Origin: Candidatus Poribacteria bacterium
GTDB lineage: Bacteria > Poribacteria > WGA-4E > JAJDTR01
Direction of reading: 5' to 3'
Assembly: GCA_022827055.1 (NCBI GenBank)
Contig: JAJDTR010000088.1
Location: 9,043-73,042, forward strand
Length of the DNA: 64,000 nt
The position numbers were made by a program, and so were the translations under genes. The notes under the pieces were generated by a model. The model was given only the letters and a program-made list of their open reading frames with translations, ran no database searches and was not told where the DNA came from. Below are positions 1 through 8,850 of the stretch, piece by piece; the stretch's first letter is position 1; the number at the start of each line of letters is the position of its first letter.

Positions 1-470
1 CAACACTCGGTCAGTGGGAAAGATATCGTCCAACGTGAGTTCCGTGGCGATTACAGTGTTCGCGAAACTCCAAACACACAGTACGGATGCTATTTTCGAG
101 TACCATCTAACACGACTTGCTTTCATTGATTTTATCCTTAAGGTTTAGTGATTGCAGGGAACTTTGAGGGCTGAATTACTGCTGAAAATACACAGAACAA
201 TATGAAGATTAATATGGTATAATACCGCCGATTTCAGTGTAATGACACAAGCCAAAAGGGCGTCGCTGTTACAGATTGTCGGCTCTACTAATTGGCAAAA
301 TCCGAATATTGTAGATAATGATACCATAGACGTACATCATTTTTGAAGGATTAGATGATATTTCCCCTAAAATGTATGAGTTTCACGAGAAATATGAGAG
401 TTGTGAAATCTATCTCTGAATCGATTCGAATTAAGATTATTATTGGGAAAGCTTTCGCATCGGAGTAAAA

Positions 471-1358
471 ATGGTTGATAATTTCCATGTTACAGGCATC
501 GGAGAGATTTTGTGGGACATGCTTCCCGACGGGGCGCAGTTTGGCGGGGCACCGGCTAACTTTGTCTGCCATTCTCGGGCGCTTGACGCAACATCCCGTA
601 TGGTTAGCTGCGTTGGGAACGACGAACTGGGACGGCGGGCGTTGGCGTTCCTGCAGCAGCACGGCGTGGACACATCAACGGTTTCCCAATCCGCGGAACG
701 TCCGACCGGCACCGTTGAGATTGAACTCGATGCCGAGAGTGTAGCCCAGTATGAATTTGCCGCGAACGTTGCATGGGACGCGCTGACGTGGTCTGAGGCG
801 TTGGCGCACGCCGCGGATGAGGCCGATGTCGTTTGCTACGGGACACTTGGCCAGCGGAGTGAAATCTCCAATAACACGATACAGCGTTTCTTGAAGAGGA
901 CATCCGACGATTGCCTGTGTGTGTTCGACGTCAATTTACGTCAGCATTTCTACAGCGAAGCGTTGATTCGAGATTCACTAGAATTTGCGAATATTCTAAA
1001 ACTCAACGATGAGGAATTGCCTGTTTTGAGTTCGAGTTGTGGCTTAACTGGATCGGACACTAGAATCATGGAGGAGCTGAGACAGCGATACAGTCTTCGC
1101 CTTGTCGCTCTAACACGCGGTGCGAACGGCGCTATCCTGCTCACCGAGGATAGCTTGAGCGAATGCGATGGTTTTGCTGTCGAAGTGAAAGACACTGTCG
1201 GTGCGGGCGATGCTTTCACCGCGGCGATGACATTGGGGCTCCTGTTGGAGCACGAGTTGGACCGCATCAACGAGCACGCCTGCCGCGTCGCCGCGTTTGT
1301 ATGCTCGCAAGATGGCGCTGCTCCGAAGTTGCCCGACAATCTGAAATTCAGTAGATGA
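471..1358 (+). CDS. PfkB-family carbohydrate kinase (fructokinase/ribokinase-like)
   Basis: 295 aa. N-terminal GIGEILWD plus C-terminal DTVGAGDAF motif, typical of PfkB sugar kinases. Has an NDEEL and a TRGANGA segment. Confidence 0.8.
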   Translation: MVDNFHVTGIGEILWDMLPDGAQFGGAPANFVCHSRALDATSRMVSCVGNDELGRRALAFLQQHGVDTSTVSQSAERPTGTVEIELDAESVAQYEFAANVAWDALTWSEALAHAADEADVVCYGTLGQRSEISNNTIQRFLKRTSDDCLCVFDVNLRQHFYSEALIRDSLEFANILKLNDEELPVLSSSCGLTGSDTRIMEELRQRYSLRLVALTRGANGAILLTEDSLSECDGFAVEVKDTVGAGDAFTAAMTLGLLLEHELDRINEHACRVAAFVCSQDGAAPKLPDNLKFSR

Positions 1359-1578
1359 GATGGTAGGTCACATGCACGTCATGAGGACGATTGTTTTTTC
1401 TCCGAACTTCATCAACGGTTAAACGAGATGAAACATCCTATGACATGAGGTGATAACGCTCTTGACCGATGATGGAGAAACAGTTAGACTACGCATTCAT
1501 GTCATCTTTGGATAGTTGGATATCGAATCGCTAAACGTGAAACAGGTCTACGGACAAAACACGGAGGAAATCCATCTA

Positions 1579-2691
1579 ATGCAAACAGTGTCCCCAGTAA
1601 ATTACAGCATGTTTTTGATGCCGGTTCACAATCCGGCGAAACCGTTAGCCCAATGTTTCGATGAGGATCTGGAATTTGCCGTCCAATGCAACGACCTCGG
1701 TTTCACCGATTTCTGGGTCGGCGAACATCATACTTCAACCATCGAGAACATCGTGATGCCGGAGATTTTCCTCGGGAAAGTGCTTGGCTTAACCGACAAG
1801 ATGCGAATTGGCGCCGCTCCTGTCTGTTTGCAGTATCATCACCCTATGCATGTTGCCAACCGGCTTGCGTTTCTCGATCACTTCTCGCACGGACGTTTGA
1901 ATGTCTGCTTGGGTCCGGGCGCGATTCCAACCGACAACGAACTCTACGGTATAGATCCAAGCGAGGTAGGCGCTCGCATCTCCGAATCCATCAACATGAT
2001 CATGGACATCTGGTCCGGCGACCCGCCCTACGATATTCAAGGGAATTTCTGGTCAATCTCTCAAAAGACCGTCGATCCTGAATTCGGTATGGGAGTTTTG
2101 CATAAACCCCTTCAACAGCCGCACCCGCCAATTTTTGTGCCGTGCATGTCTCCCAACTCGCGGGGTCTTCAGGCTGCCGCAAAGCGCGGATTTCGTCCGA
2201 TAAGTCATCACATGAATCATCCCGATGTTCTCGCGAACCAATGGCAGGGATATGCCGAGGGTGCGGCGATGGGGGGACGCGAAGCGGATCCGAGTGACTG
2301 GTGTGTGGCGCGAAACATCTTCGTGGCAGATTCAACGGAAGAGGCGCGTCAAATTGCCCGGGAGAACTCGCTCGGAAGGTGCATTCAGTACATACGTGAC
2401 TTTACGCTCCGCTACGCGCCGACAGGTCTCCTCATCTGGAAACGCAACGAGGAGCAGACCGACGACGAGTGCAATTTGGATTACTTCATGAATGAGGTAA
2501 TTATCGCCGGGGATCCGGAATCGGTGACACAGCAACTATTGGATCTTCGCGAGCAGATTGGCGCTTTCGGGACGCTGGTCGCGGTCGCCCATGATTGGGA
2601 CAATCAAGAGCTTTGGGATAGGAGTTTCGAGCTGTTTGCCAACGAGGTTATGCCTGCATTTAATCGCGCTATCGGCGCAGAAGCCAAGTGA
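1579..2691 (+). CDS. Luciferase-like (LLM class) flavin-dependent oxidoreductase
   Basis: GFTDFWVGEHH motif and LLM-like architecture. GGAGGA ribosome-binding site 10 nt upstream of the ATG at 1579, so I prefer this start. The six-frame ORF begins at 1516. Confidence 0.7.
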   Translation: MQTVSPVNYSMFLMPVHNPAKPLAQCFDEDLEFAVQCNDLGFTDFWVGEHHTSTIENIVMPEIFLGKVLGLTDKMRIGAAPVCLQYHHPMHVANRLAFLDHFSHGRLNVCLGPGAIPTDNELYGIDPSEVGARISESINMIMDIWSGDPPYDIQGNFWSISQKTVDPEFGMGVLHKPLQQPHPPIFVPCMSPNSRGLQAAAKRGFRPISHHMNHPDVLANQWQGYAEGAAMGGREADPSDWCVARNIFVADSTEEARQIARENSLGRCIQYIRDFTLRYAPTGLLIWKRNEEQTDDECNLDYFMNEVIIAGDPESVTQQLLDLREQIGAFGTLVAVAHDWDNQELWDRSFELFANEVMPAFNRAIGAEAK

Positions 2692-2775
2692 AATGCGACG
2701 GCCTGCAGGAGCGACTTCCCGGTCGCGAGTGCAACTCGCTCCTACGAAAGGCGATCGGTCAATACATAACTCGCC

Positions 2776-3675
2776 TTAGGTATTGCTAGAGACAAACTCC
2801 CTGGCTTCGGCAACCTCTTCCTCAGTGCCGTGCCGAACTTCCAACACTTTCAATACATCGGCGGGGAGTTCCGTGAACACGTCATCAAAGTCTACGTCGC
2901 CGAAACTGGGCGGGTGATATTCCTCAAGGTCTTTGAGGTCGTGGACGTTGACACCGATGAGATGGTCTTTGTACGCTTCTAGCCAGCGGTTGGACCAGCA
3001 AAGCCCGATACGTTCTTGCAAGATGGCGTGACCGACATCATGCCAGTACCGCATGTTGCTGCCGGCAAAGGCGTCGAAGAACATCTCGACCTCATCAAAA
3101 TTTGGGATTTGATAGTAGCGCGGTCGATTCTCAATGGCGAGGTAGAGATCCATCCGTAAAGCGAGTTCATTGAGTTCATCCAAGCTGAATAGAACCGCGT
3201 CCTGATGTTTCGCCTGCTTTCGTTCCCTCCAATCCATCGCCTCCGACACTTTGTCACTGAACGCCTCGAACTCGCGCTCTCCGTATTCGTAGAAATCATA
3301 CATCAGATAGGAGCGGTCATACGTATCCACCTCGCCGAGGTGGAGCACCACGATTGGGATTTCAAGGTCGGCAGCCATCTCCATCGTCCGCACCGTCCAG
3401 CGTACCGCCTGTTTTCGTTCGGATATGTCGAGGCTGGAAAGGTGAATCGGGTCGCTTTCGGAATCGGATTGTGGATGGTCGGGCAAAATGGGGCAAAAAT
3501 TGTGAATGGAGCAGGGCTTGGTTCGTCCCAAATAGGGCTTAAGCTGCTCAATCTGATCGCGCGTCAGATGCCGACTCAGTTCGACCGCATTGAAGCCCAA
3601 ATCGTTAAGCTCATCAATCAGTGCCGCACCGTCAGGTTGCTTCAGCGCGTTCCACATCGTCGAGATGGCAATCAT
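2776..3675 (-). CDS. Sugar phosphate isomerase/epimerase (xylose-isomerase-like TIM barrel)
   Basis: 299 aa. FNAVEL..., HLGE and ENRP...YWHDVGHA motifs typical of the AP-endonuclease-2 / xylose-isomerase-like TIM-barrel family. Confidence 0.65.
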   Translation of the reverse strand: MIAISTMWNALKQPDGAALIDELNDLGFNAVELSRHLTRDQIEQLKPYLGRTKPCSIHNFCPILPDHPQSDSESDPIHLSSLDISERKQAVRWTVRTMEMAADLEIPIVVLHLGEVDTYDRSYLMYDFYEYGEREFEAFSDKVSEAMDWRERKQAKHQDAVLFSLDELNELALRMDLYLAIENRPRYYQIPNFDEVEMFFDAFAGSNMRYWHDVGHAILQERIGLCWSNRWLEAYKDHLIGVNVHDLKDLEEYHPPSFGDVDFDDVFTELPADVLKVLEVRHGTEEEVAEAREFVSSNT

Positions 3676-3676
3676 C

Positions 3677-4306
3677 CTATTCCGACCCCTTCACAATCAC
3701 TTTCCTGCCCGCGAAGCTGATTCGATTTTCCGCATACCATTTAATGACGGTCAGATACAATTTGTGCTCCTCGACTTGGAGACGCGCATGAAGGCTATCC
3801 TCGTCGTCGTTATCGAACACCGGCACCGACTTTTGCGCGATGATTGGTCCGGTGTCCATTCCCTCATCTACGAAATGGACGGTTACTCCGCTCACTTTTG
3901 CGCCGTAGGCGAGGGTGTCCGCCACCGGATGCGCGCCGGGAAAAGCCGGAAGAAGCGCCGGATGAATATTGAGGATTCGATTCCTGTATTTCTGAACAAA
4001 CGCCGGTTGCAAAAGCTTCATGAAACCTGCTAAGACGATGAGTTCCACGGCGTGTGTGTCAAGCAGTTCGGAGATTCGCTCGTCAAAAGCGTGACGGTCG
4101 GGGAAATCTCGGGCTTTTACAACATAGGAGGGGATTCCGGCTTTCTTTGCGCGGGTGAGTGCGTAGGCTTTCTTTCGATCGCTGATGACGACCGAGATTT
4201 CAATTTCACAGGATTCGTCGTAGTGGAGTTGATCGATTAAGGTCTGGAGATTGCTTCCGCTGCCGGAAGCCAGCACTCCGATTTTCATGATTACCGCCAG
4301 GATCAC
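3677..4306 (-). CDS. purN: Phosphoribosylglycinamide formyltransferase
   Basis: KIGVLASGSGSNLQ N-terminus, NIHPALLP and HFVDEGMDTGPII motifs. Length 209 aa. Confidence 0.9.
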   Translation of the reverse strand: MILAVIMKIGVLASGSGSNLQTLIDQLHYDESCEIEISVVISDRKKAYALTRAKKAGIPSYVVKARDFPDRHAFDERISELLDTHAVELIVLAGFMKLLQPAFVQKYRNRILNIHPALLPAFPGAHPVADTLAYGAKVSGVTVHFVDEGMDTGPIIAQKSVPVFDNDDEDSLHARLQVEEHKLYLTVIKWYAENRISFAGRKVIVKGSE

Positions 4307-4375
4307 ATGCGATGTAATAGGGTTGAAACCGACTGACTGTGTCGTTTATGTTTGTTTGGGACGTTCGTGAAGAAT

Positions 4376-5734
4376 TCAGATAGAAGGCTGTGGAGCGTTG
4401 GCGACTGTCCGTCTCAACGCAGCATGGACTGTCTTTCCCTGAATCATCTCGTTTTCTAGTCCTACCAACTTGACGGAGGCGACTTGATTAATTTCTGACG
4501 CGGGAACGTCCAACAGAACCCGTAGATAATTTGGCGTAAATCCTGCGAGTTGCCCCGTCTTTCCCTCGCGACTGTCTTCAACCAGAACATCCACCTTCTT
4601 TCCCAGCATACGCCGTTTGAAGGCGCTGCCAAGGCGATTCCCCAAGTCGATCATCCTCCCGCTGCGCGCTGCGGAAACGCCCGGAGGCACCTGGTTCGGA
4701 TAGTCTGCGGCTGGCGTGCCGCGCCGCGGAGAATAACGGAAGACGTGCAGTTGGCTGAATCCGATTTCCCGGACAAACTGGAGTGATTCCTCAAAGTCGT
4801 TATCGGTTTCCCCTGGAAAACCGACCATGACATCGGTTGTTATTCCAACATCCGGAAAGGCGCCGCGCAGTTTCTCCACAAGCCGGGCGTATTCTGACGT
4901 GGTGTAGCGCCGCCGCATGCTACGCAGAATCTTATCGTTACCCGCTTGGAGTGGGAGGTGAAAGTGGGGCATACACTTCGGCAGGGCAGCCATCCGGTCT
5001 ACGAGGTCGTCGGGAAAATTCATCGGTTCGATTGAGCTGAATCGTATGCGTTCTATGTCTTCAATCGGATGAATCTGCTCCAGAATGTCGCCGACATCCA
5101 CCCTCCTCTCAATGTCCAGTCCATACGCGCCCAAGTGGACGCCGGTTATCACGATCTCCTTGTACCCGCTCGCGGCGATGCGCTCCGCCTCGCTTACAAT
5201 GTCCGTCAGGCTACGGCTTGTCATCCGACCGCGCACATAAGGAATAATGCAGTAGGTGCAGAATGCGCTGCACCCGTCCTGAACCTTAATCAGCGCGCGC
5301 GTACGCTGGCTCGTATGGCTAATCCCCGCACTGAATCTTGCATGTTCGCGCACCGGATCATGCTGGATGGGCTCAATCTGCAAGGGTTCGAATTCGCGGA
5401 GTTTATCCAAATAGCCTTGGAAGTCCGCTTTCTCGCGATTCCCGAAAACGAGTGTTACTCCCGGTATTTTCGCGACGGCTTCGCGGTCACTCTCGGCATA
5501 GCAACCCGTAACCAGCACTTTGGCTTTCGGGTTTTGCCGGACGATTCGGCGAATTGATTTACGGGCTTTCTGATCGGCGACGTTTGTCACCGTGCAGGTG
5601 TTCACCACATAAACATCAGCGATTTCGTTTGCATCGACGATGGTGTAACCGTTCCGATCCATCGTCTCGTGCATTGCGTCGGTGTCGTACTGATTCACCT
5701 TGCAACCCATGGTGAGGAATGCTGCTGTCGGCAT
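4376..5734 (-). CDS. MiaB-family tRNA methylthiotransferase (MtaB-like; radical SAM + TRAM)
   Basis: MTTase N-domain (LTMGCKVNQYDTD). Radical-SAM CxxxCxxC (CSAFCTYC). C-terminal TRAM domain. Lies immediately downstream of rsmE, as in Bacillus yqeU-yqeV. Confidence 0.85.
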   Translation of the reverse strand: MPTAAFLTMGCKVNQYDTDAMHETMDRNGYTIVDANEIADVYVVNTCTVTNVADQKARKSIRRIVRQNPKAKVLVTGCYAESDREAVAKIPGVTLVFGNREKADFQGYLDKLREFEPLQIEPIQHDPVREHARFSAGISHTSQRTRALIKVQDGCSAFCTYCIIPYVRGRMTSRSLTDIVSEAERIAASGYKEIVITGVHLGAYGLDIERRVDVGDILEQIHPIEDIERIRFSSIEPMNFPDDLVDRMAALPKCMPHFHLPLQAGNDKILRSMRRRYTTSEYARLVEKLRGAFPDVGITTDVMVGFPGETDNDFEESLQFVREIGFSQLHVFRYSPRRGTPAADYPNQVPPGVSAARSGRMIDLGNRLGSAFKRRMLGKKVDVLVEDSREGKTGQLAGFTPNYLRVLLDVPASEINQVASVKLVGLENEMIQGKTVHAALRRTVANAPQPSI

Positions 5735-6127
5735 GTCGATAGTCTATCTAGTTCTGGTTGAGTAGTCTTTGTGTCGCAATCTGTGCGTCGATTAGGATGA
5801 TTCGATGACCGCGCGTTTGTCCGAGTTTGGATGATATAGTATGACCACCCCATTGTCAAGGCGCATTAGGAACGGCGCAATCGCATCTGATTGTAGGGAC
5901 GGCCCCCGTGCCGTCCCATGTTGTGGCAGGCTTTCATGGCTGACCCGACTGGATGGCGTGCAATTTTCATAAGCAATCTAGAGGCGTGTCTGTTGAAAAA
6001 AGACGAACACAGGGGTCCGCCCCTACAAGTATGCGTGCGTTGTTGTCCCTTGGGCATAGCGAGGGGAAAGGATCGGGACGAAAATATCGTAACACAGCCA
6101 ATTTAATTCAGATGCGATTAGCTAAAA

Positions 6128-6862
6128 TCAGAAGCGGCGCAGCTCATAGACTGCGATAGCGACGGCTACAATAGCGGCTGTTTCCGTACGCAGTGTATTG
6201 CCTCCAAATGTGACGGGAATACACGCGTTATCAATCGCCTCCCTAACCTCGGCGTCCGAAAACCCGCCCTCGGGTCCGATAATCAGCCCGACTGATTTCA
6301 CGTCGTAATGGTCGCGCAAGACACTCTTGATTTCGCGTTCTACTTCATTTTCCCAGAGGAGCAATGACAGATCGCAATTCTTCGCCTGTTCAAGACATTC
6401 GCCGATTGTTCGCTGCGGGAGCAGTTTCGGAAACCTCGGACGTCCACACTGCTTGGATGCTTCAATCGCGATTCGTACCCATCGATCCTGCCGTTTTTGT
6501 TGAGCATTTCCCCCGCGCTTTGGGATTGATCTCTGGCATGTCATCGGGACGATTTCGTCTACACCGATTTCCGTGGTTTTCTGAACGATCAGATCCATCT
6601 TGTCCGATTTGGGAATCGCTTGAAAGAGCGTGATGTGCGGAGGAATTGGCGGGTGAAATTGGTGGTCATGGATTGATGCTATCGCGGGGAGAGATTCCGT
6701 GTCCTCTAGGCGAGCGACGTAACTGTTGCCACCCCCGTCAAAGATTTGCACGTCGTCACCGGATGTTAACCGGAGCACATTCAAAAGGTGATGACGTTCG
6801 GGGTCGCGGATGCGGATGGTGTCGGATGAGATGTCGCTTGGAGGAACATGGAATCGATGCAT
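6128..6862 (-). CDS. rsmE: 16S rRNA (uracil1498-N3)-methyltransferase
   Basis: 244 aa. IGPEGGFS motif and N-terminal PUA-like region. Typical RsmE length. Confidence 0.85.
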   Translation of the reverse strand: MHRFHVPPSDISSDTIRIRDPERHHLLNVLRLTSGDDVQIFDGGGNSYVARLEDTESLPAIASIHDHQFHPPIPPHITLFQAIPKSDKMDLIVQKTTEIGVDEIVPMTCQRSIPKRGGNAQQKRQDRWVRIAIEASKQCGRPRFPKLLPQRTIGECLEQAKNCDLSLLLWENEVEREIKSVLRDHYDVKSVGLIIGPEGGFSDAEVREAIDNACIPVTFGGNTLRTETAAIVAVAIAVYELRRF

Positions 6863-7036
6863 CGGCGAAGATAAATAAGTTCAGCGCGGGTTAGGGAAGT
6901 TTTGGTATGACGATTTTTTCTCAAGCAACATGGCGTAACTGGAAGGAGGGAAGAGTGGAAGATTGGGGGGATTTTCTTCCCAGTCTCCGTTCTTATTCCC
7001 GATATTGTGACAACTAGGGAAAACAAATCTCAGCGT

Positions 7037-7882
7037 TTACGATTGGCGCAGTTTTTCGATATCCACTTCAGACATTCCCGTTGTTCTCGCAATGAATTCG
7101 GTGTCTAGCCCTTCGCTGATCAGTGAAAGGGCAATCTTCTCCGTCGTCTGCTGGTTTCCCTCTTCAAGTCCCTTTTCATGTCCTTCTTCAAGCCCTCGTT
7201 TATGTTCATAAACCAGGGAATCTTCCCAATCCTCTTCGTCCTTAAGCACTCGAAGTTCACCGGGCGAGATGTTGTCGCGTGTAACCGAATGAATCACTTT
7301 TTCGAAAGCTGGAGTGGTGAAACGGCTTTCATCAATCTCACCATCAAGAGAATCCAAAACGAGTTCCAACCAAGTTTTGATGCCCGGCGGAGTTTTTTCA
7401 TTGACCATGCGGGGTACCAAGAACACGATTTTCTCGGGATAAGGATGGACTTTGCGACCGATCCCGTTGATAGGGGGGTTGAAGTCCGTGGTATCAGCAG
7501 TGAACTCAATTTCATTCTCGCGAGGAGGACTGGTTATGACGACAATGGTGTACACGGTCCGTCCGATCTCATAGGCTTTGCTGCTTATCACTTGTTCGGC
7601 GGTGTAGAGAAGATAGTAGTACATGAAACTCTCACGGAAGAGGTATTCTTTGACATGATGCACTTCAACTATAATTCGAGATTCCAGGTCCTCGGCGAAC
7701 AGGTCGTACTCAATATCAACCTGACCGACAGGCTTGAGGAATTTGTAGCCTTGATGCACCTCGTCCGTATGAAACTCAATGCCTAAAACATCTTTGGCGA
7801 ACTGACAGAAGATGTCGGGCTGGCTGAAAGCTTTCTTGAAAGTGGTGTCGTATCGTAAGGGGACAACTCGTACCATGTCCAC
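7037..7882 (-). CDS. Rpn-family (TIGR01784/PDDEXK_7-like) PD-(D/E)XK nuclease / putative transposase
   Basis: 281 aa. N-terminal PD-(D/E)XK-like core (DIEYD...IVEVHH). Characteristic C-terminal DUF4351-like helix-turn-helix tail (ALSLISEGLDTEFIARTTGMSEVDIEKL). Confidence 0.6.
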   Translation of the reverse strand: MDMVRVVPLRYDTTFKKAFSQPDIFCQFAKDVLGIEFHTDEVHQGYKFLKPVGQVDIEYDLFAEDLESRIIVEVHHVKEYLFRESFMYYYLLYTAEQVISSKAYEIGRTVYTIVVITSPPRENEIEFTADTTDFNPPINGIGRKVHPYPEKIVFLVPRMVNEKTPPGIKTWLELVLDSLDGEIDESRFTTPAFEKVIHSVTRDNISPGELRVLKDEEDWEDSLVYEHKRGLEEGHEKGLEEGNQQTTEKIALSLISEGLDTEFIARTTGMSEVDIEKLRQS

Positions 7883-8030
7883 ACCCTACTTTGATATTTG
7901 AGTTGTTGAAATAAAGGAGATTGGAGAACCATTTTCCAACGCTCCCTACCCTGCAGTCTTCCAACTATTCGCTGGTGCTCCATCCTCTCGCCGTGTCCAT
8001 GGCCACAGACCTCCCACACTAGATTAATTG

Positions 8031-8762
8031 TCAATCAAGCGTGGCCGGCACACCTTCCAACAACCCGTTCTCGTGCATATCAACCCACTCGTCCATGAAT
8101 ATCTTGTTCCACTCTTCGGTAAGCGGGTGATCCATCATATCGCGGTAGACTGTCCACATGGTGACGAGTTCGTCGGCGCCGTCACGGAATGCGGCATGAG
8201 CGGTTTCTACCGAACGCACGAGCGCCGCCATGATATAGGGCCGCTGTCCCCAGCCGCTGAACATCTGGGCACACTCGCGTATTAGTTGCGTCGGATCACC
8301 GCCAACCGCCTTCACGGGGTCGCAGAACGGCAGAATATGATCAACGCCAGCTTGAGCGACCGCTGCAGCTTGGGTCAACGAAAATACCGTCGTGCAGAAG
8401 GTCTCAACCCCCTCCCCCTTGAGAATGCTGAAAGCCTTTAGTCCATTTACGGTACAAGGAATCTTCAGAATAATCTGGTCTGACAAGTCGGTAAAAACCT
8501 TCCCCACCGCGAGCAGTTCGTCAACCGTGTGACCGTCGATTTCCATGACCACCGGTTTATCGGTGATGTCGAGGTATGCCTTTATCAGGTCGATAACCGA
8601 TCCGTAAGGTTTGGCGTACTGGTTGAGTACGACCGTATTAGTGACAATCCCGGCAATCCCCAACGGCATCCACTCCTTTAGCTCGTCGGGGCTGCCCGCG
8701 AGCCAGATTGTGGGTCCACGTCCTTCTGATCGGGTCGTCGGTACGGCGCCGTTCGCTGTCAT
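8031..8762 (-). CDS. Transaldolase / fructose-6-phosphate aldolase family
   Basis: 243 aa. TIM-barrel transaldolase motifs (GIVTNTVVL, KIPCT.NGL, TTVFS..QA..A..AG). Short-form Tal/FSA length. Confidence 0.8.
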   Translation of the reverse strand: MTANGAVPTTRSEGRGPTIWLAGSPDELKEWMPLGIAGIVTNTVVLNQYAKPYGSVIDLIKAYLDITDKPVVMEIDGHTVDELLAVGKVFTDLSDQIILKIPCTVNGLKAFSILKGEGVETFCTTVFSLTQAAAVAQAGVDHILPFCDPVKAVGGDPTQLIRECAQMFSGWGQRPYIMAALVRSVETAHAAFRDGADELVTMWTVYRDMMDHPLTEEWNKIFMDEWVDMHENGLLEGVPATLD

Positions 8763-8850
8763 TATTTAGTTTCCTCCTCTGTTTTAGATGTAATATTGAT
8801 TGTGTAATCGACGATTGGTTGGATACTCCACATCCGCACACACTCTGTTA

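Noticed and set aside
1-470. Possible gene or RNA at the 5' edge of the window (AT-rich, 145-327 minus ORF of 60 aa).
   Set aside because: No coding signature or recognisable RNA structure. Too short and AT-rich. Probably promoter/leader for the PfkB kinase gene.
5896-5917. GC-rich hairpin GGGACGGC-CCCCGT-GCCGTCCC in the rsmE-mtaB intergenic region, as a possible terminator.
   Set aside because: It is 230 bp from the rsmE stop with no flanking T-run on either strand. It could be a leader structure, but I cannot support a terminator call.
7178-7786. 202-aa ORF on the plus strand inside the Rpn-family gene, and similar long antisense ORFs (3205-3720, 41246-41905, 43330-43785, 45278-45838, 52905-53483, 9640-10071).
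   Set aside because: Each lies fully inside, and antisense to, a gene with clear family motifs. Their translations are low-complexity and Arg/Ser/Pro-rich. They are typical shadow ORFs of moderately GC-rich DNA.
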